DNA from: Eledone cirrhosa
Lineage: Eukaryota
Length of the DNA stretch: 64,000 nucleotides
NCBI GenBank assembly: GCA_964016885.1
Contig: OZ024740.1
Location: forward strand, 208,258,001-208,322,000
Reading direction: 5' to 3'
Shown: piece by piece, positions 24,351 to 38,386 of the stretch
Position numbering within the stretch: the first letter of the stretch is position 1
How the letters are laid out: each line of letters opens with the position of its first letter
Notes under the pieces: generated by a model
Seen by the model: only the letters and a program-made list of their open reading frames with translations
What the model was told of the DNA's origin: nothing
Databases searched by the model: none
Program-made: the position numbers and the translations under genes

Positions 24351-24701
24351 TTAATTCCTGTCTCCATCACAACCATTTCTTTTACTAATTGTATCATATA
24401 ACTTTTGAAACTGAATCATGCCTCTTTAATTACTCTACAACCTTCATAATAACAGTACATTCTTAATTAGCATGACTATGGTCTTGCTGTTGTTGTTGGT
24501 TTTGTTGATGTTGCTGTTGTTGTTGTTATTGTTGTTATTTAGCCCCTGTTGATGCAACATGGTCAAATGATAAATTTCCCAGATTTGATCCCACCACATG
24601 GCATCTTGGGCAAGTGTTACAACCTCGTGTTGACCCAAACATTTTAAATGAAACTGAATAAAGTCCGACTCGTGAATTACCGTGTAAGCTAATGTGTATT
24701 C

Positions 24702-24977
24702 CAAGCATGGGCAACCTTTTTCGAGAAGCGGGCTCATTATCAGGCGAGCCGCAAGCGCTAATTTACATTCGTGCCCACATTTTAAAAAAGGGTGGTAACT
24801 CAGGTTGTTTTGATTTGTTTCTTCAGAATTCGTACACATTGTTTTCCTCGATCGTAAAAATGATAGAAAGATAAATTACGACTGAAAAGTTGGGGTAAAA
24901 AAATCAGAAAGATTTCACTTAGGTGACTTAGGCGAGCCATTCAGAAAGCTTCACGGGCCGCAGGTTGCCCATGACTG
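24702..24977. mobile_element. hAT-type MITE
   Basis: TIRs CAAGCATGGGCAACC / GGTTGCCCATGACTG; 8-bp flanks GTGTATTC and ATGTATTT (6/8 match, TSD-like). Confidence 0.75.
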
Positions 24978-25189
24978 ATGTATTTCATAGATAAGTGTAC
25001 TGTTAATGTAATTGATAGATAGATGCGGAGTGAAACAGGGTGTGACATAGTTTGCCATTCAAATTACAGTGACATCCATTCAACGAGCTTTCAGGCAGAA
25101 AGTATTCCGCTAAAGGTCACTACGAGATTTAAACTCTGAAAGCAGAGAGCCAAAACAAACACGGCAAGGTATTTTCTCCTACGCTGTAA

Positions 25190-25492
25190 TTCGTTGGATT
25201 TAAATCTTGATGGGAGGGTACTTCAGGTTTGAGGGACCTCATACACAAAAATTTAGAATACACAGCAACCCCCCCCCCCCCCCCCATTTTACATATCAAA
25301 GTTAGCTTAGTGCAAGTAATTGGAATTGAAAAGTTATACATACAGGTATTAAATTTTAAAAATCTAACCAGCTTAAAACTAAAAAACCCAGCTGAGGACA
25401 CAAATAAACTGGTACAGCCGTCGCTGGTAGGACCCCCACTTCAGTAGGGCTGGGGCAATTTCCCCTTTTGCACCCCATTAAATCTGGCCCTG
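25190..25492 (-). mobile_element. hAT-like MITE, family shared with 52820-53135
   Basis: Terminus CAGGGCCAGATTTAATGGGGTGCAAAAGG; the internal sequence is homologous to the 52.8-kb copy in opposite orientation. Confidence 0.6.
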
Positions 25493-25667
25493 AATAGAAT
25501 ACACACTTTTTTGGACGTTTATTTGGACGAACAACTGAATGCTCATCGTCGAAAGCGACGAAGAATCCGTCATGCCATCAGTTACTAATACTTTGAAACT
25601 ATTGTCTTCCTTCTATCTCATGTAGAATATGTTTGGTCGTGGGTTAGAAGATCTATAATCAACTCAC

Positions 25668-25724
25668 ACTGTTCTCTTCCGTTTGACCTTTGTCGTGAAA
25701 ATGTTCCTTCACTCGTAACATTCT
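25668..25724 (-). CDS. Candidate host-gene exon (57 nt)
   Basis: ttttattttcag|AGAATG...AACAGT|gtgagt, strong splice signals; RMLRVKEHFHDKGQTEENS. Confidence 0.5.
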
Positions 25725-25746
25725 CTGAAAATAAAATTTAAAAAAC

Positions 25747-25837
<91 letters not shown>

Positions 25838-25897
25838 ATTTTAATAGTATAGTGGTAGTGGTGGTGGTGGTGGTGGTGGTGGTCGTCGTCGTGGTAA

Positions 25898-25940
<43 letters not shown>

Positions 25941-26444
25941 TATGGATGAATGAAATTGTAGAGGGTCGGACAAAATGTCACGGCATTTAATTACGGCCCT
26001 TTACGTTCTGAAACAGTTTCTACTATACATTGAAATAGGGTAGGAGTGACCAGGTCACAGATGTACAACGAATGATTTTTATGTATAACTAGCAGAATGG
26101 CCCAGCGTTGGTCGGGGTTGCTCTAGGGTTCTTATATATTTGATATATATTTATTCTTATCGTGAAATAAATACGTTTGTTTATATTTTGTTATTGTGTA
26201 TGCAAAAATATCTGTATACGAATATATATATCGTTTCTGAATTTGTTTAGCAAGATTCTTTTTTTAAAAACGTGTGTTGAAACCGATATTGTTATACTTT
26301 GGGAGGGTCATGTTGCCAATAAGAAACACACGCACCAGTTGCGTTAACTCCAATTTACTATGAATTAAATTATAAATTTAAGAAATTTATAAATTTCCGG
26401 TTGGTTGTTGGTTGGTTCCACAACTGGGCGGTTGTTCATATATT

Positions 26445-26485
26445 GTCAAAGTTCTTTCGTCACATTCTGTGACCTCATCAGTGAC
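26445..26485 (-). ncRNA. Type I hammerhead
   Basis: GTCA-CTGATGA-gGTCACAgaaTGTGAC-GAAA-GAAC-TT^TGAC. Confidence 0.7.
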
Positions 26486-26788
26486 CGGGGATTCTTTTCT
26501 TTGTTTTGTTCATCAATACAACCTCTAGAGGTGAACTAGCTTACAAATTTAGAAGGGCCCTAGATAAACTTAAACTAAATATTAAGATAGTGGAAAGACC
26601 AGGTACCTCCATAAAAACACTTATTAGTAATACATACCCTTTTCAAAGACCTCCCTGTATAGATAAGAAATGCATAATCTGTAAACTAAGCCCCCTTATT
26701 AACTTCAAAACTAGAAACATAGTATATAGCATAAGATGTACTGAGGGACAATGTAAAGATAAGAATATATATTAAAATAACAGATTAA

Positions 26789-26839
26789 AGTTTAAGCAAC
26801 GAATCGCTGCTTTCACCCATAACGGGATCTTCTGAAACT
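26789..26839 (-). ncRNA. Hammerhead-like motif with CAGAAGA core (U4A)
   Basis: AGTTT-CAGAAGA-tCCCgttatGGGt-GAAA-GCAGCGattCGTTGC-TT^AAACT; second copy at 52266-52316. Confidence 0.55.
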
Positions 26840-27435
26840 GAAAAAATCAATCTGTGAACGCAGAAGTAAATATTTCGAAAAACGTTACACACTATATATA
26901 CACACACTATATATATACTTATATACACACACACACACACATCGCGTCATAATGTCGCAATGCAGACAGCCAGGCATACAGACAGATATTATAAGGGCTC
27001 AACGTTATATCTATTTATCTATCTAAAAAGAGAAAGACTAGGAACTATAGAGAGAGAGATCGCTAAATCGCCTAATGCGGTCCGTAGGGCATTGAAAATT
27101 TGAAATTTTTTGAGCTCACAACACTCACAGTATTACATGTGTAAAGTTTGAAAACAATCGGTTGGGTGGTTCTCGAATTTTAGTGATCGGACAGAGAGAC
27201 AGACAGACAGACATTCGTTTATATTTTGTTGTGTATGCAAAAATGATATATAGTTATCCTTATCGATCCTCGTGAAATAAATACGTTTGTTATTGTGTAT
27301 GCAAAAATATCTGTACACGAATATATAATTATATATATATATAACAGTGTATATAACAGTACAGAGAAATACGGAATACCTCGGCCTCGGGATGGTGTCG
27401 ACATTTTGTACTTATAAAGAAAATTCGTCAAACAT

Positions 27436-28052
27436 TGGCAGTATCGGTAAAGGGTCGGACGCCATGTTTTGCAGCATAGATTTACGTCCCTTTATGATCT
27501 GAGTTCAAATCCCGCCGAGGTCAACTTTGCCTTTCATCCTTACGGAGTCGATAAAATAAAGTGCCAGTAATGCATTGGGTTAATTGCTGGCCTTGTGCCA
27601 AAAGTAGAAACAATTATTAGCTTGCCACTTCGGTGGGTTGGCAGTATCGGTGGAGCGTCGAACACCATTTTTTGGCAGCATAGAATTACCGCCCTTTACG
27701 GTCTAAGTTCAAATCCCGCCGAGGTTAGCTTTGCCTTTTATCCTTATGGGGTCGATAAAATGAAGTACCAGTAATGCACTGGGGTCGATTTAATCGACTT
27801 CCCCTCCTTCAAAATTGTTGGTTTTGTGCCTAAATCCGAAACCATTACGTTCAACTTCCGCCGAGGTTTTCGAGGAGGGCGGGGAAAGTCAATTAAATCA
27901 CCACCAGAGCATTACTGGTATTTCATTTTATCGACCCCGTAAGGATGAAAAGCAAAAATAACCTCGGTGGTATTTGAACTCAGAACGTAACGAACCGTAA
28001 CTCTATGCCACTGAGTATGTTGTCCGACGCTCTACCGATTCTGCCAATTCAC
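27436..28052. mobile_element. Cluster of three OR/OK-type SINEs (+,+,-)
   Basis: Copies at ~27436-27618, ~27630-27848 and ~27878-28052 (reverse). Confidence 0.8.
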
Positions 28053-28500
28053 CTCTCCCCCTTTGTTAAAATATAATATTAACATGAATTAATCATAACG
28101 AACCAACATAGGTCTAAATTTATCGTGAAGAATTTCCCAAACTATTCCTGTGATGTAGATATATCATAGCAGACCCTGCTGACATTACTTGTATCTATTA
28201 GAACACTTATACAGTTAACAGTAATCATATATCTGTTGATGCTTTTCCATATCTAATGGTGGGTACGGTCGACAGCATACCTGTTTATCTCACACTTAAA
28301 TAAAACATATATTAGATTCTACAAACTTCGAACATAATGTTGTACTGAACACAAGATAAATATATATCCAGAAGTTATATTTAATTTGTTGGGATTCAAC
28401 AAGCTTAAAAGTTTTATAACTGATATAAAGCACTCAACTGCTTACTGGAGTAAATATTCAATATATTAATAAATGGAAACTATATTTATAAAACCATAAT

Positions 28501-28565
28501 TATTTTATTATATATATTTCAAGGGCAACCAAGGGAGTTTTGGTGCGCTTTCATCAGATAAAATA
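28501..28565 (-). ncRNA. Type I hammerhead
   Basis: TATTTTAT-CTGATGA-AAGcGCACCAA...TTGGtTGCcCTT-GAAA-TATATA-TA^ATAAAATA. Confidence 0.85.
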
Positions 28566-28695
28566 CAAAATTTGTTTTATAAATGTTGACATACCCGTAG
28601 AAAAACAACCTTGACGGTTGAAGGTTCGCTGGATATATATATATATGGAAGGAATATATTAGGTTAACGCTTGAAATAGCAGGAAGAGGGTCTTA

Positions 28696-28797
<102 letters not shown>

Positions 28798-28909
28798 GAG
28801 GTGAGTTTTATTGTAGCAAAATAAAGCAATGTAAATATCGGATAAGTAGCACTCTACAGTTTGTAGTATAAATAATATAAGATCAAAAGATGGTTAAAAG
28901 AGTTCCAAG

Positions 28910-28980
28910 TATTTTATTATGCGCATTTCAAAAACAAATATCATCATGGGATGATATCTGCGTTCTCATCAGATAAAATA
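28910..28980 (-). ncRNA. Type I hammerhead
   Basis: TATTTTAT-CTGATGA-GAAcGCAGATATCATC-ccat-GATGATATTTGTtTTT-GAAA-TGCGCA-TA^ATAAAATA. Confidence 0.9.
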
Positions 28981-31900
28981 GGGATACATGATATGAAGCT
29001 TAAAACACTTGTGAATAGTAAAGTTTTAAATCAACATATGAAAAATAATTTAAGATTGATGTATGAGATTGGGAAAAGATGAGGGGGGGGTTCGAAAAGG
29101 TAAGGAAGAGGAGGAGATGAGAGTAAAGAATGATGGGGGGGAGTATAAGAAGGAAGGATGAGAGAGGAGGAGAGATGGGTGATAGAGAGAGAGATATAAC
29201 CTTTACAACTGAGAAAAAAAAATATATTGTCTCACAGAGAGAAGTTAAAAAGCCGTTGGAAGATAAGAGATAATTTAAAAGAATTTGAAATTAAAAGTTA
29301 ATGAGGTTTATGCATGAAGAGAAAAAGGAATTAAGAATAATATTAAATTAAGGTTTGTATATAATAATATGTGCGAGGAAAAGAAATTATTAATATGTAT
29401 TATTAAAATAAAAATATTAATGTTATTAAGGATTTAATGTGAAAAGAAGGAGAAGAATTAATGAGTTATGAATTTAGAGGAATTAGATAGGGTTTAAATT
29501 TGTTTTTAATATGTGTACGTAAATAGTTTGTTTAAAAATGAGCGCAGAAGGCAAAGAAGAAAAGAATGTTTAAGGAAGAAAATATATATGTTTACGAAAT
29601 ATTTTCTAATGGTAATAATATAATATATTAAAAGAAATTAGTTGGGGTTTAAGTTTGTTTTTATGTATTGTAATATGTAAAAGTCAAATGAGCATGAAAG
29701 GATGAGATAAGAGAAATTTAAGGAAGAAAAATCTAACATCAAAAAAATGTTTATGTTTACGAAGGACTACTAAAGGTAATACTATAATGTATTAAAAAAA
29801 TAATAATTTTTATGGCCAATGATATGAGGAAAGATGGAAGAATGTCTAATGTTGTGGTGAGTAATAATAAGAATTGAGAAGTAGTTAGGAAGAAAAAGTA
29901 CAGATTAGAGGTTAGAAATTAAGAAGAAAAGAGGAAGAAAGGAAAGTGATAAAGAGGAATATAGAATGAGTAACTTGTATTATATAATATATAATAATAT
30001 TGAAATAAGGTAGAAAGATGGGTATATTTTTAAAAGATATATAATCCTTTGAGAAAAAGGATTTTAAACTAGTAAGGTATTAGATATTAGCTGTATACGT
30101 TATGGAATGTTCTGTGGAATTTATGCAAGCAGAGAGAAAATAAATCCGTGCGTCTAGTTATTATAGAATTGAAATTAGATATAATGGTAAATTTCTCAGC
30201 TAGGCAAAGATTACATGTTCTGGATAGGGCGGCATTCAAGTAAGGAGAGGCAGAACAAACTTTTCTCCAAGAGATGTTATAGTTAATATTTTTGTCTTTC
30301 AAGGACCATATGAGTTCTGAGAGTGCCGTGTTAGTTCTTTTAAGTTGGTATTTAAAAGACGAATTGTGATTATAAAATCTAGCTTTGAAGGAGGTGGAAG
30401 TGGAACCGAAATAGGTAAAGGAATTGGTACCAGTTATAACCTTACATTCATAGACTAAGTTTTTATCAAGACAATGGTTATTAAGAGGACATTTAGTTCT
30501 AACAGGGCAATTACAATTACGATTAGAGAAATTAACAGAGTTATTAACAAGTTATCTAGTGTTATTTATAGCAGGAATTGGATTGGAGAAGTTATTTACG
30601 ATAGGAATAATAGTTTCCTGATTTAGATTGGTATTATGAACATTCAACGAAGTTACGTTTGACGTCGTATTTGAGTTTACAGAATCTAGCCTAAAGTTAA
30701 CAATGACGTTGGGAGTACTACTGCTATTATTATGACGCTCAGTGTTGGAAGGATGTGATTTAATATTTAATATTTTATTGTTGTGTTTAGAGATAATGTT
30801 AGAGATGTTGGAAGAGATGGAATAAGAAAATGTTATTGTATGTTTGTTAAAGATTTTACTATAGATATGTGAGGGAGGGAAGTATTTATCTAAGGCCCTA
30901 AAGAATAGTTTAGGAATATTATTATTAATAGAAATAGAGAAAGGAGCATTATACCAGATTATATTTTTGTATCTAGGTTTTTTATTTAAGTTATTGGAAT
31001 GATCATAATTAATTATTTTACTGTAAGACCGTCTAGGATTGGTTTCTTTACTGTATTTAATTTTATCACGATAACCGGCTTTAGAAAGCGCATTATTATA
31101 GTAATTGGCGTTAGCATAGAAGATATTTTTTATTAGAAGATAGGTTCGATATTCTTTTTCCAATACTACTGACTATAGCATTTTTAATGTTAGTGGGGTG
31201 GTTAGATTTAAAATTAAGATAATTTATATTCTCATTGTTTTTATGGTAAGGGTAATATAGGCCAGTGTCAAGATTAATGGATATATCCAAGAAGTTAGCT
31301 AGTTTGACGTTGTTATCAAATTCAATTTTAAGGTTATGTTGCTAAAAGAGATCACATATATTGTTCTTAATAATATTAAGGTTAACTAAGTTGCAATTTA
31401 AGATAGTAAAAAGTCCATCGTCACGATAAATTCCACCGCGAAGTTGAGGAATTTTCCGATTTAAAGAATTCAAAATAAAAATACCAATCAAATCAGTCAA
31501 TTGCGATGAATCGGAAGCAACCATTGTGATATCAAAGTTGTTGGAAGTATCAGCTCTAGTCCAGTATTCATTGTTGAATTCTAAGGTGGTTTTTCTTGTG
31601 GTGAGAATGATGTGAAGTTCATCTGTAGTGATGTCAGAATATTTAAATGCGAAAGATAGAGCATTGTTGAGAAGTGAAGGCGAAATAGAAGAATAATATC
31701 TGGCAATATCAAATTGAATAAATTTTTGTTTGTTTTTCTTATTCAGGTTGTTGAACCAGCCAATTACTTCAGATGTACCAAACCATAAATTTAAGTTAGA
31801 AATAGAGCAATTAGAATGAATCTGTGGGATAATTCTAATCAAGATGGCTTTACTAACAACCCAAAATCTGATTTAGAGGGGGCGATTAGTCTAACAGGTA

Positions 31901-32484
31901 GTTCCGTTCGAAAATTACTTTTATGATCCTTGAGATTTATCCTCGGAGTTCTTGGGAGGAATGGTTCGGTCTTTTTTTCAATGCCAAGTTTTGACATAAT
32001 CTCAGAAGCTTCAAAGTTTATAGATTCCAAATTGTCATGGTTAGTTTTACGATAATTCTTCCTTAGTTCCTTAACGATAAGGTTATTATAGTTATCCCTA
32101 GATACACAATATAAATTATTAGTTTTGTCGGAGTGGACTAAGACATTTTTAGAGGAATTAAGGTTTAAAATCGTATTCCTGAGATTTACAAGGTGCTCTT
32201 GTCCTCTGTAAGGGTTTTTCTTGAATATAAGACTTCTTATAATATTAGTTAATTCTTCCTCGAACTGCACTAGATTTTTGTTGGAAGGAGGATTTCTTCT
32301 AGAGTTAAATAAATGATCAAGAAAGTTATGTTCCTTAGTATAGAAATTTCCTTTTTGGCGCTGGTCGTGGAAAAAAGCTATCCATCTATATTTGTTTTTG
32401 AAAAGTATTTTATTATGCGCATTTCAAAAACAAATATATACAATGATATTAAATAAATGGAAACTATAATTATAAAACCATATT

Positions 32485-32548
32485 TATTTTATTATATATA
32501 TTTCAAGGGTACCAAGACAACATTGGTACGCTTTCATCAGATAAAATA
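32485..32548 (-). ncRNA. Type I hammerhead
   Basis: TATTTTAT-CTGATGA-AAGcGTACCAA...TTGGTACcCTT-GAAA-TATATA-TA^ATAAAATA. Confidence 0.85.
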
Positions 32549-32660
32549 CAAAGTTTGTTTTATAAATAGAGACATACCCGTGAAAATCGGTTGGAAATTC
32601 ACTGGATAGTTATAAACAATTATATTTGTCGGACTTCCAACAAATTAAATACCCCTTCTA

Positions 32661-32743
<83 letters not shown>

Positions 32744-32844
32744 AGACCCTCTTCCTGCTATTTCAAGCGTTAACCTAATATATTCCTTCCTTCCATATAC
32801 TGTACCGATTGAGTTGTTATTTCTATTTAGTTTTAACATATATA

Positions 32845-32921
<77 letters not shown>

Positions 32922-33102
32922 GAAAAATGAAAAAGAATGACTTCACTTGTAGTTCTAAACGATTTAATTTTATTTTATAATATTATGATTTTACAATGGT
33001 TATATATGTATGGGGGCAGGTGTATATATACGTTTATTGAATAGTGACGCGCGTTTCGCTATTGATCAGCTCAAGGTTCGATCTGTAATTGGACGTTACA
33101 TT

Positions 33103-33151
<49 letters not shown>

Positions 33152-33336
33152 AGGGAAAAGTAACATGGTCGGCTGTACAAAAAGGAGCTTTATTTCAGGT
33201 GTATGGACAATTGTTTCATTGATCAGGTGAGTCTAGAGGCCGCTAATCGCTCGAAGTTGCGTCACTCGATCTCCAATACATTATTTACCTCTGATCAAAT
33301 CCTCAGGATATATATATATATATATATTTATATATT

Positions 33337-33389
<53 letters not shown>

Positions 33390-33724
33390 ATATTTAATAC
33401 ATTAACAGAGAAAGCTTTAAGCAATACTCTGACTGGCGTCCATCTCACTCAACAAATATACCTTAGTATAATCCGAATTTTACGTTTGGTGTGCTAACTA
33501 TATGTATTTTGCGGATAGCCAGTTGTATTATTTTATATGAGACATAATTAAAATACATCTCCCTTTCCAAACAATTGTTTCATTATAAGTTTTCTACAAG
33601 TTGGGAAAATTATGTCCAGGTTATGTAGAAGCCTACACATAGTCCGTAGGAATATATGCAGGTGGGCACTTATAAATCATCAGTGGATGCCCGTCAAACA
33701 TCGATATAAAAAAAATTTTCTTAC

Positions 33725-33814
33725 CGATATCCAATGTTCAGCGATGGTCACCTTCCGTGTCAGAATGACCGCTAAATTTGAAATTCCAGCAGTCTCAGAA
33801 TGAGAAATTTCACA
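33725..33814 (-). CDS. Candidate host-gene exon (90 nt)
   Basis: Pyrimidine tract...gacag|TGTGAA...ATATCG|gtaaga; only one open frame: CEISHSETAGISNLAVILTRKVTIAEHWIS. Confidence 0.45.
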
Positions 33815-34074
33815 CTGTCATCAAGCGGAAAGGGGAGGTTATCGCAAAACACAAGAAAATAAAATAATATGCACGCGGGTCAATTAATTCTTTTAATAAT
33901 TTTAACCTTGCGTGTGAAGAACTCAATTAGATTTAAAAAAATAAATATATGCATGTATTATTTATACTATGTATATATGTTTGTATGTACGTGTGGGGTT
34001 TTTTTTCCTCATTTCTTCCCGTTCCTTTTTCTTATCACTCATACTTTCTATTCATCTTCTATTTACAACTCTAC

Positions 34075-34108
34075 CTTCTGATGAAGGACTAGTGTCCGAA
34101 ACGTTAAG
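34075..34108 (+). ncRNA. Minimal type I hammerhead
   Basis: CTT-CTGATGA-aGGACtagtGTCC-GAAA-CG-TT^AAG. Confidence 0.7.
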
Positions 34109-34243
34109 ACTCTCTTTCTGCTATTTCAAGTGTTAAACTAATATATTTTGTCCATGTACTGTGCCGTTTACTTTGAGATTTTTGATATGACATTTATATA
34201 TATATATGTGTGTGTGTATGTGCGCGCGCGTGTGTGTGTGTGT

Positions 34244-34278
<35 letters not shown>

Positions 34279-34294
34279 ATTGACTTAAGTTTCG

Positions 34295-34345
<51 letters not shown>

Positions 34346-34664
34346 GGGAAAGTAAAAAGCACCAGCACAGGAGTAAAAGTTACGAAAGGTATTGGGTTCA
34401 CGCCTATTGAGAGTGGGGCTGTGGGCGCGATGTTTCGGATATAAGCCCTTCATCAGGAGAGAGGTGGGAAAGAGAAGGGGAAGAGGAGGAAGTGGTAAAA
34501 AAATAAAAATAACACATGAGTTGGAAAATAAAAGTTGAAAACAAGTGGTGAAAAGATGTGAGGTGTGTAGAGGTAGTGGGTGGATGGAGAGGGAGGGAGA
34601 TGGGAGAAGGAAAAAAGGTGTCCGAGCGCGGAGAGCGGAATGTGATATATGTATATATATATAT

Positions 34665-34915
34665 ATATTGTTATACTTTGGGAGGGTCATGTTGCCAATA
34701 AAAAAACACACGCACCAGTTGTTTCACTTCAATTTATTATAAATTTTATAAATTTTATAAATTTCTGGTTGATTGGTTGGTTCCACAACTGGATAGTTGT
34801 TCATATATTGTCAAAGTTGTTTTAGTGTGTGTGTTTCTTATTGGAAACATGACCCTCCCAAAGTATAACAATATCGGTTTCAACACACGTTTGCTAACAA
34901 ATTCAGAAACGAAAT
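34665..34915. repeat. PLE pLTR fragment with inversion
   Basis: TTGTTATACTTTGGGAGGGTCATGTT at ~34668 and its reverse complement at ~34846-34871; same family at 26230-26450. Confidence 0.65.
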
Positions 34916-34934
34916 ATATATATATATATACATA

Positions 34935-34975
<41 letters not shown>

Positions 34976-35293
34976 CTGTGTGTGTGAGTATACATATACA
35001 TACATATACATACGTACAAGTACACACATACAAACACATACATACATACATACATACATACATACATACATACATACATACATACATACATACATACATA
35101 CATACATACATACATACATACATACATACATACATACATACATACATACATACATGATGGCTGCCCCCTCGTTATCGAGTATGGCCATTGTACGAGGAGA
35201 AAATAAAAAAAAATAAAGAAAAAAAAAATAATAATAATAATAAATAAATAAAAATAAAATAAAAAATTTAAAAAAATAAAAAATAAAAAAAAG

Positions 35294-35336
<43 letters not shown>

Positions 35337-35410
35337 CATACATATATACACACACACACACACATACTCACATACATTAATAACAATAATAATAATAATA
35401 ATAATAATAA

Positions 35411-38386
35411 TGATTTCATTTATTAGCCACAAGGGCCGACATGTAGGGGACAATACAAAGACAGGGACAGTGGGGATTTACAATATGGTCGAGTAAAAGT
35501 GCACAATGGCAAGACTAATTTAACAATGAAAATATAAAAATATAAAATAAACTATGCATAAATATAACAAAATAAATTCCCCGATAGGGGGTGTACGACC
35601 CTGGAGTGCTTCAGGTACCCCACCAATCCTGAACCACCCTGCGCTTCTAGGGCATCCAGGAGAGCACCCCTCTCCTCAAGTTAGCCAGCCTATAGGCGCA
35701 TGGTCAGAGTAGGCCCATTCACACGAGCCATTCTCGCCACATTCACCCACCTTTTAGCAAATGTACTGGGGGGCAGCACTTCTCTCTCCACCCTCATCCT
35801 CCTTTCCAGGTGAAACTTGAAGAAGTTGATGAGGGATTGGCCGAAGAGAAAAGTGTCTGTCTTTAGTCCTTTCAACCTGGTCCACCATATAATCTCTTTC
35901 GCAACTGCCACCAGACAGAGGAAAATGTTCTGCTCTTCCTGACCTAAGGAAGGTGGAGGCTCGATCTTCACTATGGACTCGGCCGATAGCCGGATTCGTT
36001 CCACACGCGACAGTAGCTGTTCGACATAACTCCACAAGTCAGTAATGCACGGACATTGGACAAGTGCGTGCAGAACGGTTTCGTCGTTCTGTGCGCATCT
36101 TGGGCAGGTCCGTCTGACAGTACTTCCGTGCCTGTAGAGTTTATCCCGAACCGGCAGTGCCCCCCGGTAGCACTGCCAAGCGAGGGATTTCTGGAAATTG
36201 TCCATCGTCCCCGGCTCAAAAGTCCTCCGGTACAGACTGGTCAGTTCGACTTTGTCGCGGCCCAAAGCTTCTCCGAGTGCGTCATCGCACTTGCCCACCA
36301 CTAATCCTCTCTAGAACTCGAGAGTGGAAGTTCCACTGATCGCATTGCCCGCTTGGTAGAGGGCAGTGAGTGCCTGGCAACATTCCAGGTACCGGTCACC
36401 CAGTCTCGGTCTCTTCTTGACCCAGGATTGCAGCTCAGTCAAAGAAATGAGCTGCGGAAAGCCCCGTCTGATAAACCGCGACCACACCTGTTCACCATTG
36501 AGGCAGAATGTCTGGAGATGTCGCAGCCTCAACGCATGTCTGCGCATCATTAGCCACGGCATGCCCAGCCCTCCGCGTAGAGGGTGCTGGCAGCAGATGG
36601 ACCGCCTCACCAACGGAACTTGTCCCCTCCACAAGAATTTGAAGAGGAGCCGTTCCAACTTGACGAGGCGCGGACGGGGGCAAGGCACGACGGTTAGGCG
36701 GTAGTAGATGACGGATGCGATGTACGCATTCGCCACCTCCGCGCGACCTTTCAGTGATAGCTTCCTCCCAGCCCATTTTTGGGTGAGACTGGCTACTCTG
36801 CTCGTTACCTCGTCCCAATTCTTTTCCACCTGGAGGTCTGGTCCGAACCAAACCCCAAGCAACTTTACCGGTCCGTCCGTCCAGCGCCCCACGACGCTGT
36901 TGGACGGCATGGGCTTGCCTCTCCAGGTTCCGAGCTGCAAGCCCACCGACTTTTCCGGGTTAAGTTTGGCTCCTGTCAACCTTTCATATTCCTTCAATAA
37001 GGTGCCGACCACCTAGATTTCTGAGGTGTTCGACACCATCACGGTGATGTCGTCCGCATCAGCCGACACCGCCTTTCTACGTTCTGGTTCGTGCGGGATG
37101 CCCTGAAAGAGCTTCAGCTTCCGCAGTAAAGGATCGAGAGTCAATACGTACAGAAGGGAAGAGAGAGGGCACCCTTGACGGACCGATCGGGAAAGCCGGA
37201 ATGGTTCCGAGAGGTGGCCATTAACCTTGACCACCGAGCGTGTGCCGCTGTGCATTGCAACGATCCAGCTTCTAAAGACAGGGCCGAAGCCAGCTGCTTT
37301 GAGGACAAACTCCAGATACCGATGGTCGACCCTATCGAATGCTTTCGATTGATCTAAATTGATCAGTGCCCCACCGAAGCCAGGCTTACACCCTACCCTC
37401 TCTATGATGTATCGCATGAGGTGGAGATTGTCGTGTATGGACCTGGCTGGGATTGCGCAAGTTTGCGCCTCCCCAACCAAATCCTCGACGACAAGCGCCA
37501 ATCTCTTTGCTAACACCTTGGCCAAAATCTTAAACTCTGTGTTGAGCAGAGTTATGGGCCTGAAGTTGTCTAATGTATCACTCTTGTTCTCGTCTTTCCT
37601 TATCAGCGTCACCACTCCCCTGCTCACAGAACTGGGAATACTCCCATTCTGCTTCCAGTTGCAGTAGAGTGCTTCGAGGAGTTCGGAGAACAAGTCTGGC
37701 ATATTTACGTAAAGCTCGTAGGGCAGGCCATCCAGACCGGGTGACTTGCGCCTCATGCAGCCGACAAGGGCGTCCTGAATTTCGGCTGAAGTAATCGGCC
37801 TTTCGCAGTGCTCAGCGTCGACCGTCGAGATGCGCGGCAAGCCGTCAAAGTAGGGACTGAAATCCGCTACTCTCTCTGACTCGCCACTCTCCCTGAACAA
37901 CCGAGCAAAGTGCTGGCGAAAGGCCTCACACATCCGCTTGGAATCGCTTATCTCGTGTCCGTCTCGGTCCGCCAAAGACCGAATTGTGCTTTTATTACCA
38001 CGCTGCGCCTCCACCACGCGGGCCCATCGAACAGCTTTAGTTCCCTCGTTTCTCAGCGCACGCGCCTTAGCTCTGACAATGCAACCTTCGTGTTTGGCAT
38101 TGAAGAAATGGTCTAATGCCATTCTCGCCGCTAGCACGTCAGTTGCGATGCCACTACAAATAGCCTGGTCTAACTTATCTACCAGCTCCCCCTCCTTTCT
38201 ATTTTTCTCTAACGCTAGTTCTTTGCTGAACTCTATCGAAGTTACTCTAATCTCTCTTTTGAGAGCCCCCCACCATCTGTTGTTGATGATCCCCCCTGTC
38301 AACTTTTGCTTAACTAAATTGTTGACTCGGTCCCTGTAAGCCTTATGTGCCGGAAATGACATGTTCAGCTTCCAGTAACCCGGTCC
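35411..38386 (-). mobile_element. Tx1/L1-clade non-LTR retrotransposon, 5'-truncated, ORF2 with stop/frameshift
   Basis: GPGYWKLN, KSPGLDGLPYE, NFRPITLLN, LDQSKAFDRVDH, RQGCPLS, ADDIT, C-terminal CPRC..ETVLHALVQC; (TAA)n tracts on both sides. Confidence 0.9.

Larger units (their letters stand above)
26089..27230 (-). mobile_element. Non-autonomous Helitron-like element interrupted by PLE fragments
   Basis: Hairpin + CTAG|T at 26089-26120; AAAGTTTGAAAACAATCGG...(GACA)n end at 27140-27215; PLE fragment at 26506-26775 (KIVERPG, CIICK, NIVYSIRC). Confidence 0.55.

Noticed and set aside
30087-31163. Selenocysteine read-through in Naiad PLE ORFs
   Set aside because: The break I checked (30552) is TAA, and the conserved Cys positions I read are ordinary Cys codons; nothing supports Sec.
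34425-34460. Additional hammerheads at 34425(-), 33040(-), 51955(-), 58435(-), 58890(-) and 8615-8800
   Set aside because: Only half cores or broken stems I/III; treated as decayed pLTR remnants and not called.
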